Part shown: in pieces, positions 6,312-16,880 of the stretch
How positions within the stretch are numbered: the stretch's first letter is position 1
Layout of the letters: each line of letters starts with the position of its first letter
IMG/VR virus record: IMGVR_UViG_3300020385_000660
Coordinates: 832-64,831 of that record
From: a virus
Lineage: Duplodnaviria > Caudoviricetes
Strand: one strand, 5' to 3'
Length of the DNA stretch: 64,000 nt
The notes under the pieces: generated by a model
Seen by the model: only the letters and a program-made list of their open reading frames with translations
What the model was told of the DNA's origin: nothing
Database searches by the model: none
Program-made: the position numbers and the translations under genes

Positions 6312-6729
6312 AAAGAAAAAGAAACAAATTGTGACTAAACAGGATCTTAATTTAAAAGATGCTAAACCTGTTAATAAAGCAATGCAGCCAAAACCAAAAC
6401 AAGCTGCAGCTACTCCTGCGCAACCTGCTACTCCAATTAAACCGCCTAATGTATTTAAAATGATGAAGTCTTTTAGTAAAGATTTATCTAAATATGTATT
6501 AGCTGGAGCTCCTAATTGTAGTAAAGAGGATTACAAAGAAAGATTATTAACTTGTGATGCATGCCCTCATTTAATGAGACATTTAATGCGTTGCGGTAAA
6601 TGTGGATGTCTAGTTGAGCATAAAGCTAAATGGAAAACAACTACATGTCCAGATGGTAAATGGAAAGCTCAAGATCTTTCAAATTTACCTAAACCAAAGC
6701 AGGCAGAAGATGGTGAGCAACAAGGATGA
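6304..6729 (+). CDS. Cys-rich (zinc-binding) phage protein
   Basis: RLLTCDACPH...CGKCGC...CPDGKW motif after a basic, Pro-rich N-terminus; start moved to ATG 6304. Confidence 0.7.
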   Translation: MSKKKKKQIVTKQDLNLKDAKPVNKAMQPKPKQAAATPAQPATPIKPPNVFKMMKSFSKDLSKYVLAGAPNCSKEDYKERLLTCDACPHLMRHLMRCGKCGCLVEHKAKWKTTTCPDGKWKAQDLSNLPKPKQAEDGEQQG

Positions 6730-6931
6730 GATAATATATAAGTTAGCTACAAAATATAATTTGCCAATAAGTAAGATAGAAGAAATAGTTTCTTTTCAAT
6801 TTAAATTTGTACAAAAAATAATGAAGAAAGGAGACTTTGAGTCTGTGCGTCTTCCTTATTTTGGGAAATTTTCTGCAAAGAAAGAGCGAATAAAGCATAT
6901 AAACAAACTTACAGATGAAACTAAAAGATGA
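6710..6931 (+). CDS. HU/IHF-like DNA-binding protein
   Basis: KDEIIYKLA...IEEIV...VRLPYFGKF; start moved to ATG 6710. Confidence 0.75.
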   Translation: MVSNKDEIIYKLATKYNLPISKIEEIVSFQFKFVQKIMKKGDFESVRLPYFGKFSAKKERIKHINKLTDETKR

Positions 6932-7436
6932 TCTAATACATATAAAAGACAATAAAGCTATGCCAAGTGCATACGCTCTTCAGATACAAGAGTTTAAAAA
7001 ATTAAAAGTAGAAGATCTTACGTTTATATACTTTATGGTGGACCATCGGTCCCCCTTTTCAGTTTATGAGTGGGATCAGCGTGTAATTGAAGTAAAAAAT
7101 AGTATATTTGGAGAAGACAAAAAATGGGAACCCTCAAATAGAGTGTTAAAAGCATGTGATAAATATGCAGCTCTAATAGAAACCTCTGCAGTTAAATTAC
7201 TAAAAGCTGCTACGGAGTCTGTTACTAAGTTAGAGAAATATTTTAGAACAGTAGACTTAACAATACTAGATGAACGAGGAAAACCTGTATACACCGCTAA
7301 AGATCTTATACTTAACCTAGAAAAAATGGGTAAGGTAGTAGATGGACTTGCAAGACTGGAGGAGATAGTCAAAAAAGAAGAACAAGCAAGTAATCCAAAT
7401 AGAGGTGGTGTCGAAGTAAACAAATATAGTATGTAA
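6915..7436 (+). CDS. conserved helical protein upstream of terL, possible terminase small subunit
   Basis: 173 aa, helical; function inferred from position only. Confidence 0.55.
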   Translation: MKLKDDLIHIKDNKAMPSAYALQIQEFKKLKVEDLTFIYFMVDHRSPFSVYEWDQRVIEVKNSIFGEDKKWEPSNRVLKACDKYAALIETSAVKLLKAATESVTKLEKYFRTVDLTILDERGKPVYTAKDLILNLEKMGKVVDGLARLEEIVKKEEQASNPNRGGVEVNKYSM

Positions 7437-7437
7437 T

Positions 7438-7704
7438 ATGGATTTTTTAGAAGATATTGAAGAATTTAACACCGCAATGGATAATGCTTATGATTTTATA
7501 ACTGGAAAAGTAACATTAGATACATTAGTAACTGATTTAAGTATAGGGGGAGTAAATAGTTATGTACTACCTTTTGATCCTGAGCAAGAAACCGGGAGAG
7601 AGCCAGATACTTTAGACTTTTTAATTGAGCACTTTGAAAATTTAGAAGAATACGAAAAATGTCAAGTATTATTAAGGATAAAACAAAAGAGTGTCACAGT
7701 TTAA
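7438..7704 (+). CDS. acidic hypothetical protein with UVR-like C-terminal motif
   Basis: HFENLEEYEKCQVL motif. Confidence 0.6.
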   Translation: MDFLEDIEEFNTAMDNAYDFITGKVTLDTLVTDLSIGGVNSYVLPFDPEQETGREPDTLDFLIEHFENLEEYEKCQVLLRIKQKSVTV

Positions 7705-9676
7705 GAATATAAATAGAATAAGACCAGCAGCAGTTCATTTTGAGAAACACGGATATTACACAAAGACTCTTCCAGGTACTCGAGACTATTATGAATATTG
7801 GGATAATGAAAAAGAGCGTTGCTTATATGGTTATACTGCTGATGAGGGCACCGAAGATGCCCTTTACATCACTGGTTTCCACTACTTTTACTTAAATTAT
7901 TGCCCAATTGATAGAGCGGTAGACGAAGTCATGCCTGATGGATCTATACAGTCTAAACGTGAGAGAACATTCCCTTCGTTTTACGATGGGGATCACGATT
8001 ATTTTACACAGATAGATGATGCTAGAGCTACCAACCGTCATATGGTTGTACTTAAAGCTCGTCGTAAAGGATATTCGTACAAAGCTGGTTCAATGCTAGC
8101 TCGTAATTATTTTTTTGTACGTAATTCTAAAAACTTTGTATTTGCCGCACAAAAAGAATACCTTATTGGTGATGGACTCCTATCTAAAGCGTGGGAGTTT
8201 TTATCGTTTATCGATGATAATACAGCATGGGCTCAACCTCGTCTAAGAGATAGAGAGATGAGTAAAATGTCAGGATATAAGAAAAAAATTAATGGTATTG
8301 AGATAGAATTAGGAATGAAGTCTCAGATAATGGGTGTTTCCTTAAAAGATAACCCAGATAAAGTAAGGGGAAAGGCGGGAGAGCTTGTATTCTTTGAGGA
8401 AGCCGGTTCCTTCCCCGGATTATTAAAAGCTTGGGAAGTAACAATGCCAACAATGCGTCAAGGGGCTAAAACATTAGGACTTATGATAGCATTTGGTACG
8501 GGTGGTACAGAAGGCGCAGACTTTGAGGCTATGGAAGAGATATTTTACAATCCTGTAGCATATGACTGTATGGACTATGAAAATATTTGGGATGAAGGCT
8601 CTATGGGTACTAGATGTGGGTATTTTGTACCTATATATAAAAACTTAGATGGCTTTATTGATACTAATGGTAATTCTTTACGAGAAAAAGCAATTTCTCA
8701 TGAAGAGCACATGCGAAATAAAAAGAAAGGCGCTGCAGATGCTAAATCATTAGATCAGTACATAGCAGAACACCCGTTTTCTCCACAAGAAGCTACATTA
8801 CAAGTTACAGCTAATTTATTTGATGTTGCCTCACTGCAAGAGCAATATAATTATGTGAAATCTAGAGGATTACATTCTTTAGGTACTATAGGTAACTTAT
8901 ATCACGATAAAGATGGTAATGTAAAGTTTAAACTAAATGGAGATCTTAAACAGATATTAAGATACCCGCATAGAAGAGAAGATAATAATACTGGAGGAGT
9001 AATTATTTATGAATCTCCTTATAAAAATGCTAGCCAACAAGTTCCTATGAATATGTATGTTATCTGCCATGACCCGTACGGCCAAAATCAATCTGCAGAT
9101 TCTTCATCTTTAGGTGCAGCATATGTCATTAAACGTCCCAACAACATATCTAGACCAGACGACATGATTGTTGCTAGTTATGTAGGGAGACCTGATACAT
9201 CTGATGAATACAACAGAAATTTATTTATGTTAGCAGATTATTATGGGTGTAAGATTGGATTTGAGAATGATCGTGGAGAAATCATAGCATATGCTAAACG
9301 ATATAGAAAGATGCATAAACTACAAGAAGAGTTTGAGATGTTAGATAAAAAAGAGCTTAGAAGTAGAACTGTAAAACGTCAGTATGGTATGCATATGACA
9401 GAACAACGCAAAAGGCAGGGAGAAATATACATTAGAGATTGGTTAAGTACTCCTAGAGCTACAGATGCAGATGGCAAAAAAACATTAAATTTACATAAGA
9501 TATACGATCTTGCTTTTTTACAAGAGTTAATTAAATTTAACCATAAAGGTAACTTTGACCGTGTTATGGCGTTTATGATAGGTATGTACCATACCAGAGA
9601 ACTTTATAATTCAGAAGTAAAAGACGTTTTAGAGGATAGATCTGCCGATGATTGGTTTGATTCCAATTATTATTAA
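7691..9676 (+). CDS. terL: terminase large subunit
   Basis: Walker A LKARRKGYS, Walker B VFFEEAG, coupling FGTGG, RNase H-like nuclease CHDPY...GNFDRV; followed by portal. Confidence 0.95.
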   Translation: MSQFKNINRIRPAAVHFEKHGYYTKTLPGTRDYYEYWDNEKERCLYGYTADEGTEDALYITGFHYFYLNYCPIDRAVDEVMPDGSIQSKRERTFPSFYDGDHDYFTQIDDARATNRHMVVLKARRKGYSYKAGSMLARNYFFVRNSKNFVFAAQKEYLIGDGLLSKAWEFLSFIDDNTAWAQPRLRDREMSKMSGYKKKINGIEIELGMKSQIMGVSLKDNPDKVRGKAGELVFFEEAGSFPGLLKAWEVTMPTMRQGAKTLGLMIAFGTGGTEGADFEAMEEIFYNPVAYDCMDYENIWDEGSMGTRCGYFVPIYKNLDGFIDTNGNSLREKAISHEEHMRNKKKGAADAKSLDQYIAEHPFSPQEATLQVTANLFDVASLQEQYNYVKSRGLHSLGTIGNLYHDKDGNVKFKLNGDLKQILRYPHRREDNNTGGVIIYESPYKNASQQVPMNMYVICHDPYGQNQSADSSSLGAAYVIKRPNNISRPDDMIVASYVGRPDTSDEYNRNLFMLADYYGCKIGFENDRGEIIAYAKRYRKMHKLQEEFEMLDKKELRSRTVKRQYGMHMTEQRKRQGEIYIRDWLSTPRATDADGKKTLNLHKIYDLAFLQELIKFNHKGNFDRVMAFMIGMYHTRELYNSEVKDVLEDRSADDWFDSNYY

Positions 9677-9738
9677 TGGCATATTAATAAATATAAAGGA
9701 AAATTTTACACATATTTTTAAGTAGGCTTAAAATTTCT

Positions 9739-9746
9739 TAAATTTG
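9739..9746 (+). promoter_or_regulatory. -7 promoter element before portal
   Basis: TAAATTTG in the terL-portal intergenic gap. Confidence 0.5.
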
Positions 9747-9753
9747 TTCGATT

Positions 9754-12057
9754 ATGAGCTACGATAATTTACCAAGACAAAAACTTCCTATAGCGAAGAA
9801 AAATAAAAAGTGGAGAGAAGAATGTGTAGATGGGTACATAAATTTATCTGCAAATACATCTTCTTTTTCTAAAAGACGAGATGATTTACGTCGTTACTAT
9901 GATATGTATAATGGATATATAGATGATGGTGACTACACACAGTTATTAAAACCTTACGGTAAAACTCGTAAAAACTTTCCTTCTACATTACGTAACTTCC
10001 CTATAATAAAGCCTATAATAGATTTACTACTAGGAGAAAAAGCTAAACGACCTTTAAATTTTACTGTTAGTATTTTAAATGCTGATTCAGTAACTAGAAA
10101 AGAAGAAGAAAAGCATCAAACAATTTTAAAGAATCTTCAGCAGCATTTTGCTAACGCTGCAGCAGAAGCAGGAATAGATACAGGGATGGATCCACAAGAT
10201 GTGGAATTACCAGAACATGTAGAGGCTTTGTTTAACAATACTTATGTAGATAACAGAGCTATTATAGGGCAAAACTCGTTAAATTATGTAATGGCTCAGC
10301 AAGAGGTTAAAGATAAACTTCAGAAAGCTTGGTTTCATTATTTAATTTCTGGAGAATGTTACACACATAGAGGTGTACGTAATGGAGATCCTTTTTATGA
10401 GGTTTTAAATCCAGTAGATATAGATTATGATCTTGATCCAGACTTAGAGTTTGTTGAAGACGGGGATTGGGCATTAGTACGAAAGTTTGTACATGCTTCA
10501 ACTATAATTGATTATTATCATGAGCTATTGACTGACGAACAAGTTGTTAGCTTAGAAGAACCTCACGGTATGGGTAATTCTCATATCCCTTGGCTATCAA
10601 TTGGAGCTACAGGGCCTAACGCTAATCAATTTAACAATAGATTAATTGAGGTTATAAATGTATATTGGAAATCTAGAAAACGAATAGGATTTGTATCTTT
10701 TATTGATCCTGAAACTGGAGAGCCTGAAGAAATAGAAGTAGAAGATGGATTTAAAATGCCTGCTGAGTTAAAAGCTATTGGAGCTAAACTAGAGTGGTTA
10801 TGGGTAAATCAAGTTTGGAAAGGAACTAAAATTGATGGTAGAATTTTTATTGATATAGAGCCCCTACCAAACCAAAGAGAGTCTATAGATAATCCATCTA
10901 TTTGTAAGTTACCTATTAATGGTAGAAGATATTCAGATACAAACTCTGACAATATATCTTTAGTATCGTTAGGTATACCTTATCAGTTAACCTATAATGT
11001 GTATAAATATCGGCTCGAGCTCGCTATCGCTCGCTCAAAAGATATTATTGCACAATTTGATATTAACATGATACCTAAAAAGTGGGACATGGATAAATTC
11101 ATGTATTATGTAGAAGGTACAGGTATTGCATGGGTAGATTATAATAAAGAAGGGGTAACCTTATCTCCACAGCATCAATCTGTGCTAGATATGTCAATTA
11201 AAACTATTGAGCAGTATATAGTACTGTTAAATTCTATCATGGAAGAGTGGGAGAAGCTTTCTGGGGTTAATAGACAACGTCAAGGGCAAGTTGGAGCTTA
11301 TGAAGGAAAATCTACGTCTCAGCAAGCTATAATCCAGTCTTCTCATATTACAGAAGATTTGTTCCGTAAATTTAACAGAATGGAGCAACGGGATTTACAA
11401 GCTCTTTTAGATTACTCTAAGGAAGCGTGGATCACTGGTAAAAAATCTTCTTTTATTATGCCTGATGGAACTTTAGAGTATTTAGATGTAGATAGTATGG
11501 AGCATATGGAATCTGAATATGGTATTTGGGTTACTGACTCTGGAGATGAATCAGAAAGAATAGAAGTAGCTAAACAACTTGGACAATCAATGGTTCAAAA
11601 CGGATTACCTGCTTCAGCTGTGTTAGAAATGTTAGATGCTAAGAGTTTTACTCAAATTAAATCTAAAATTAAAGCTGCAGAAGTTCAACAACAAGAATTA
11701 GAGCAAGCACAGCAAAAAGCTCAACAAGAGCAAGCTCAAGCTCAACTAGAACAGCAACAAGCTGAAGTAGAGAATGAGAATATGAATCAAGAGAAAGATA
11801 GAGAGAATAGAATTGAAGTAGCAAAAATATCTGCAGGAGTTGCTGAACAAAAAAATCAAATAGATCAGCAATCTAAAGATAGAGAGCTAGATATAAAAGA
11901 TAAAGAAGCTTCTACAAAAGATAGAGAGGCCTCAGAACAAACTAGGTCAAATAGAGCTAATGAGTCTTCAAACAGTACTAAAATTCAAGAGGATTCTAAA
12001 AACGAAGATAAAAAATTAAAAGCAGCAGCTAAGAAAGAGTCGAAGAATGCTAAGTAG
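9754..12057 (+). CDS. portal protein
   Basis: 767 aa after terL; crAss-like portal motifs (NFPIIKPIIDLLLGE, SGVNRQRQGQ); Gln-rich coiled-coil C-terminal barrel. Confidence 0.92.
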   Translation: MSYDNLPRQKLPIAKKNKKWREECVDGYINLSANTSSFSKRRDDLRRYYDMYNGYIDDGDYTQLLKPYGKTRKNFPSTLRNFPIIKPIIDLLLGEKAKRPLNFTVSILNADSVTRKEEEKHQTILKNLQQHFANAAAEAGIDTGMDPQDVELPEHVEALFNNTYVDNRAIIGQNSLNYVMAQQEVKDKLQKAWFHYLISGECYTHRGVRNGDPFYEVLNPVDIDYDLDPDLEFVEDGDWALVRKFVHASTIIDYYHELLTDEQVVSLEEPHGMGNSHIPWLSIGATGPNANQFNNRLIEVINVYWKSRKRIGFVSFIDPETGEPEEIEVEDGFKMPAELKAIGAKLEWLWVNQVWKGTKIDGRIFIDIEPLPNQRESIDNPSICKLPINGRRYSDTNSDNISLVSLGIPYQLTYNVYKYRLELAIARSKDIIAQFDINMIPKKWDMDKFMYYVEGTGIAWVDYNKEGVTLSPQHQSVLDMSIKTIEQYIVLLNSIMEEWEKLSGVNRQRQGQVGAYEGKSTSQQAIIQSSHITEDLFRKFNRMEQRDLQALLDYSKEAWITGKKSSFIMPDGTLEYLDVDSMEHMESEYGIWVTDSGDESERIEVAKQLGQSMVQNGLPASAVLEMLDAKSFTQIKSKIKAAEVQQQELEQAQQKAQQEQAQAQLEQQQAEVENENMNQEKDRENRIEVAKISAGVAEQKNQIDQQSKDRELDIKDKEASTKDREASEQTRSNRANESSNSTKIQEDSKNEDKKLKAAAKKESKNAK

Positions 12058-13285
12058 TGAAGAGAAATTTAATATTATTAAACAATCAATTGCAGGGCAA
12101 ATAGAAGGCCCTGCATACAAAGCTATAGAAACTGCTGAGCAACAAGCTTTGCAATCTACTACAGAGGAAGCGCCCCAGTCTGAACAACAATCACAAATAC
12201 CGCAGACTCCTGTGGGCCCTCCCCCTGCTCAAACTATACCACGAGTGTATGATGAGATGGGATCTTTAATTGAACCTGGCTCAACAGGAGTAGGATTAAA
12301 TCAAATGGCTGGAACAAGTCATGGTCAAACTATACAGCCTGGTGAATATGAAACAGGCGGTAAAAAAGATCCTCCATCTAACGCAGATAAAGCCAGAAAG
12401 TTTAGAATGATGCGCCCTGCACAAGGTGAGTATTTTGAAGGTCAAAAAGAAAACTCGCATTCTACGCATTTAGCGACAACGTATGAAGCTGATGGAAAAT
12501 ATTATGTTGTGCCTTCTATAACAAATAAAAAAGCTCCTTATGCAAATTATCAGCCGCAATCTTTTAGAGACGCGATGAATGCTGGAGAAGGTATACAGTT
12601 TGATACTGAAAAAGAGGCAATAAAATTTGCAGAAGGCAGCTGGAAACTACCTAAGTATCCTAGACCTGAATATAAAACAGGTGGACCAAAATCTAAAGCT
12701 CCTAAACCTTTAACAGAATCAGATGCTAAGCTAGAAGAAGAGTGGCCATTGATGTTACAAAAGCAAAGATTTGTTGAGTCTGGTTTTAATACTAATGCTA
12801 AAAGTAAAGCAGGAGCTATAGGCTCTGCGCAAATAATGCCAGATACATTGCAATATGCAAAAGATAAAGGTTGGGTAGGCAATGATGTTAAAATGAAGGA
12901 TCTTACTGGTGCGGATGGGTTTTCTATTTCACAGCACATTCAAGAAAAGTACATGGAAAATTTATTTAACAGAGAATGGAATAAAGGCTCAGACGAAGTT
13001 AAAACAGCTAAAGCATTATTAGCTTATAATTGGGGGCCTAATAGAACAAGAAAGAAATTAAATAAATTAAAAGCTAGAGGTGTTGATATTTACAGCAATA
13101 CTGAATTTTCTAAATATTTTAACAAGGAATCTAGAGAGTATAAAGGTAAAATATTAGACGACCTTACTACTAAAAAAGATCCGCACGTACAACGTGATTA
13201 TAATAAGCTAAAAGATCTTTCACCGCTTTTAAGAATGCATGGAGGACCTAAAGTGCTATATAATAATAAAAAATCAAAAAAATAA
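12047..13285 (+). CDS. virion-associated protein with lytic transglycosylase (SLT) domain
   Basis: VESGFNTNAKSKAGAIGSAQIMPDT and ALLAYNWGP are SLT motifs I-III. Confidence 0.82.
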   Translation: MLSSEEKFNIIKQSIAGQIEGPAYKAIETAEQQALQSTTEEAPQSEQQSQIPQTPVGPPPAQTIPRVYDEMGSLIEPGSTGVGLNQMAGTSHGQTIQPGEYETGGKKDPPSNADKARKFRMMRPAQGEYFEGQKENSHSTHLATTYEADGKYYVVPSITNKKAPYANYQPQSFRDAMNAGEGIQFDTEKEAIKFAEGSWKLPKYPRPEYKTGGPKSKAPKPLTESDAKLEEEWPLMLQKQRFVESGFNTNAKSKAGAIGSAQIMPDTLQYAKDKGWVGNDVKMKDLTGADGFSISQHIQEKYMENLFNREWNKGSDEVKTAKALLAYNWGPNRTRKKLNKLKARGVDIYSNTEFSKYFNKESREYKGKILDDLTTKKDPHVQRDYNKLKDLSPLLRMHGGPKVLYNNKKSKK

Positions 13286-13315
13286 GTAATATGTAAAAGT
13301 ATTACTTATATTATC

Positions 13316-13323
13316 TATTTTTG
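13316..13323 (+). promoter_or_regulatory. -7 promoter element before scaffold/MCP
   Basis: TATTTTTG, 20 nt before the ATG, preceded by the AT hairpin TAAGTAATA..TATTACTTA. Confidence 0.5.
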
Positions 13324-13343
13324 TTAACATAAAAACCAAGAAT

Positions 13344-14453
13344 ATGAGTGAAGAACACGATGAAATTGCGCTAGACGACATCACTATAGACGATGTAGTT
13401 GCAGGAGATACTGCAGACGCAATAACAGATGGCCTAGATTTACCAATGGCGGAGCCTGAAGACCCGGAAGCTCCAGAGCCTGAACAAGTCGAAGAAACAG
13501 AAGAAACAGAAGAAACAGAAGAAGAAAATGTTTTAGATGGTATAGATCCGGATATACCTGAAGAAGAGGAGGAGGAAGAAGAAGAAGAAGATGAAGAAGA
13601 TGAAGAAGGTAATGCTACTGTAGTTTCTGAAGTTTTAGATAAGCTAGGGTATGACCCTGAAGAAGAGTACGAAGATACTCCCGAAGGATTAGCTGCAATG
13701 ACAAAAGATATTGCATCCCAAATGGCTGATGAAAGGATTGATAATGTTTTAGAGAACTTTCCTTTAGTAAAACAACACTTAGAGTATGTGTTACAAGGAG
13801 GAGAATCTCAACAATTTATGACAGCTCATGATCCTAATATGGATTATGAAAAATTTAATTTAGAAGAAGATGACGCAGCGTCACAGAAAGTTATTCTTTC
13901 AAATTATTTTGAATTAAAAGGTCATGATAAAGAATTTATAAATGAGTTACTAGAAGATTACGAAGATACTGGTAAACTTTATAAAAAGGCAGATGCGGCC
14001 AAGGCAGCTTTAGGAAAGTACCAACAGCAACAACGTGAAGAGATGTATGAAGAGCAACGTCAACAAAACATAGAATCGCAAAAAGAGAAAACGCAGTTTT
14101 GGGATGGCATTGCAGGAAAGATAGAAGAGTCACAGGATTTAGCAGGTATTTCTATACCTCAGAGAGAAAAAAATAAGTTTTTTAACTACATCTCTAAACC
14201 TGTGAATCAAGATGGATTAACTCAACGCGATATAGATCATTCGGAAGCAGACATTGATGTAAAACTTGCGATTGACTATTTAATGTACAAAGGGTTTGAT
14301 TTAAAAGGGTTAATAAACTCAAAAGCAAAAACTCAGAGTGCAAGAACACTAAGAGAAAAGCTTTCAGGTAGACAGGAGTCTATTAAAAGCGCTAAAAAAG
14401 CTACAAGAAGAACTACTAAGTTTAATGTAGATGATTTAGATCTTAGTATTTAA
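13344..14453 (+). CDS. putative capsid scaffolding protein
   Basis: Very acidic N-terminus, coiled coil, directly upstream of the MCP as in crAss-like gene order. Confidence 0.75.
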   Translation: MSEEHDEIALDDITIDDVVAGDTADAITDGLDLPMAEPEDPEAPEPEQVEETEETEETEEENVLDGIDPDIPEEEEEEEEEEDEEDEEGNATVVSEVLDKLGYDPEEEYEDTPEGLAAMTKDIASQMADERIDNVLENFPLVKQHLEYVLQGGESQQFMTAHDPNMDYEKFNLEEDDAASQKVILSNYFELKGHDKEFINELLEDYEDTGKLYKKADAAKAALGKYQQQQREEMYEEQRQQNIESQKEKTQFWDGIAGKIEESQDLAGISIPQREKNKFFNYISKPVNQDGLTQRDIDHSEADIDVKLAIDYLMYKGFDLKGLINSKAKTQSARTLREKLSGRQESIKSAKKATRRTTKFNVDDLDLSI

Positions 14454-14495
14454 TAACGGCAATATTTAAACTTTGCATATATAAATTAATTAAAA

Positions 14496-15923
14496 ATGGC
14501 AGTAAACGGAAACAACATCAGTGTTAGAAAGAATTTCTACAATGATTCGCAAATGACTGATATGAACAGTCTTGCAAATGCTATGATGTCTAAGCCAACT
14601 GAATTGTCACCGATAATAACACACCTAGCTGGTAAAGAAGATAAGCGTTTTCCGCTTTCATTTTTAACTGAGGGTGTAGGAAATGTTAAATCTATTGATA
14701 GATTTGAATATGAATATCGTGTTAAGACTCACAGGTTGACTACTAGACCTCTCGCAAAAGCACATGGTGCAGGTTCTAATTTTTATTTAGAATTTGCTGA
14801 TAAATGGTTTATTAAAGATTACGTATTAGTAAATCAACACGGAGAACAAGTACGAATTATGGCTGCTCCAGAAGCAGTAGGTTCTAATTATCGTTACCAA
14901 GTACAACAAATAAATCCAGATCCATCAGCTACAATTACAGCAGGTGAAATTGGAGATCTTTGGGCTCAAATGTATGCGCCTGTAGGAGTTGACTTCTCTC
15001 GTGGTAATGCATCTAACTGGGAAGTTCCTGGTAAGGTTCGTAACAAGATTGGTACTATTCGTAAATCATACCACATGTCTGGTAATGCTAAAGACTTTGT
15101 AGCTGAATTTACACTTCCTAAGCGAGGTGGAGGTTCTACAAAACTTTGGATGGACTACGAAGAATATCAACACATGCTTAACTTCAAAGAAGAGTGTGAA
15201 ATGTACTACTGGTACGGTCAAAAAACTTATGACTCTACAGGTAAAACTACTATGAAAGATGAAAACGGACAACCAGTTGTTGTTGGTCCTGGTCTTTTAG
15301 AGCAGATTGTAAATAAAGATTCTTACTCTACCTTAACGGAGGCTAAGATTAAAAATATCATTGGTGACTTATTCTACGGAATGACAGACGCTAATGCTAA
15401 GCAAGTTACTTTGTACACAGGTACTGGTGGAGCGCGTGAATTTGACGAAGCTCTTAAAGGTCACATGGGTGATGGAGGTAACTCTTGGAAAGTTGGTGGT
15501 GAAAACCGCTTTATCACAGGTTCAGGTCGTAGCTTAGGTGTTACTGGTTACTTTACTTCTTATGATCACGTAGATGGTCATTCAGTAAAAGTAGTTAAAC
15601 TACCTATGTTTGATCATGGTCCTATTGCTGATGCTCGTGCTAAGCACCCTGTTACAGGATACTCTCTTGAATCATACCGTATGGTATTTGTTGATCAGTC
15701 TAACTATGACGGTCAAGCAAACGTACAAATGATTTCTAAGAAAGGTCGTGAAATGATGAGATGGTGTGTTGCCGGTTCAGTTGTACCTCGTGGGTTTGAT
15801 TCTGGTTCTGCTAGAGCATCCGACGTGGATGGTGCTTCTGTACACATGTTAAAGACTGCAGGTATCGTTCTTAAACGATTCGACACGTCTCTTGACATTG
15901 AATGTACAGCTGTATCACTATAA
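14496..15923 (+). CDS. major capsid protein
   Basis: 475 aa; GPGLLEQI, TLYTGTGG, GHSVKVVKLPMFD resemble crAss-like MCP; high-expression codon bias; followed by a terminator. Confidence 0.9.
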   Translation: MAVNGNNISVRKNFYNDSQMTDMNSLANAMMSKPTELSPIITHLAGKEDKRFPLSFLTEGVGNVKSIDRFEYEYRVKTHRLTTRPLAKAHGAGSNFYLEFADKWFIKDYVLVNQHGEQVRIMAAPEAVGSNYRYQVQQINPDPSATITAGEIGDLWAQMYAPVGVDFSRGNASNWEVPGKVRNKIGTIRKSYHMSGNAKDFVAEFTLPKRGGGSTKLWMDYEEYQHMLNFKEECEMYYWYGQKTYDSTGKTTMKDENGQPVVVGPGLLEQIVNKDSYSTLTEAKIKNIIGDLFYGMTDANAKQVTLYTGTGGAREFDEALKGHMGDGGNSWKVGGENRFITGSGRSLGVTGYFTSYDHVDGHSVKVVKLPMFDHGPIADARAKHPVTGYSLESYRMVFVDQSNYDGQANVQMISKKGREMMRWCVAGSVVPRGFDSGSARASDVDGASVHMLKTAGIVLKRFDTSLDIECTAVSL

Positions 15924-15968
15924 GAAGGCGTTAATCGCGTGTCTATATATTGGTTTTTTGGTTGAGTT

Positions 15969-15994
15969 GTGGGGGAGTAATCCCCCACTTCTTT
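15969..15994 (+). terminator. terminator-like hairpin after MCP
   Basis: GTGGGGGA-GTAA-TCCCCCAC-TTCTTT. Confidence 0.75.
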
Positions 15995-16056
15995 AACTTA
16001 ATTATAGGAGAGTTATACTTTACATCCATTAATTAAAACTTTAAAAGTACTAGATT

Positions 16057-16860
16057 ATGAGTAAAAAAATATTTTTACGACGTAAGGAGATTAATAATCA
16101 CTTACCAAAAGAGATACTAGCTGATGCTGTATCTAAATTAAGTAGTGTCTATGTAAATAGACAACCATTGAAGGGATTATCTCTAGAGGACGAAAAAAAA
16201 TATCTTAACGGTATTTTAGATGTTTCTCCGGACCATCAAGACTGGCCAAAACATACAAAAAAATATTGGGCAGAATTATCAATACCTGTAGGATTTACAG
16301 GAGTTGAATTAGAAGTTGGGACTGACTCGAAAGGGGATCCTATTAGAATTATGGATTGGCTTAAATATCAATTTGCTATAAAACATCCTTATGTTGCTAT
16401 GTCAGAAAAAGAAATGACAGGAAGACAAAAATTTTATATTCTTGACACAACAAAAGCAGAGAAAAGTAAATTCAATTCTATCCAACTTAGAAAAGATGCG
16501 GATAAGGAGTTTATTAAATTATCATCTGATAAGAAAGGTATGAAGCGTGTATTACGATTAATATCTGATCATAATCCAGATAGATTAACTGATGAGCAAA
16601 TTGAAACAACTTTGTATGATATAAAAGATAAAGAACCTAAGCGATTTATAAAAATAGCTATTGATAAACACTTAGAAATTAAAGCAGAAATTGAAGAAAT
16701 GGTATCTGCAGGAGTTTTAAGAAAAATTGGTAATCAAGTTATTTTTATAGATGAAGTGCTAGGTGAAACAATGGAAGATACTGTAGTCTTTTTAAAGAAT
16801 AAAAAGAATTCAGGAAAACTAACAACTTTAAGAGCAAAACTTAAAGAAGTAGCAATTTAA
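16057..16860 (+). CDS. conserved crAss-like protein downstream of MCP
   Basis: 267 aa, position conserved in the crAss-like capsid module. Confidence 0.7.
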   Translation: MSKKIFLRRKEINNHLPKEILADAVSKLSSVYVNRQPLKGLSLEDEKKYLNGILDVSPDHQDWPKHTKKYWAELSIPVGFTGVELEVGTDSKGDPIRIMDWLKYQFAIKHPYVAMSEKEMTGRQKFYILDTTKAEKSKFNSIQLRKDADKEFIKLSSDKKGMKRVLRLISDHNPDRLTDEQIETTLYDIKDKEPKRFIKIAIDKHLEIKAEIEEMVSAGVLRKIGNQVIFIDEVLGETMEDTVVFLKNKKNSGKLTTLRAKLKEVAI

Positions 16861-16880
16861 TGTAATGGAATAATATACTA

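Noticed and set aside
13491-13610. GAAGAAACA x3 and GAA/GAG runs
   Set aside because: Simply encode the acidic scaffold linker; not a CRISPR or regulatory repeat.
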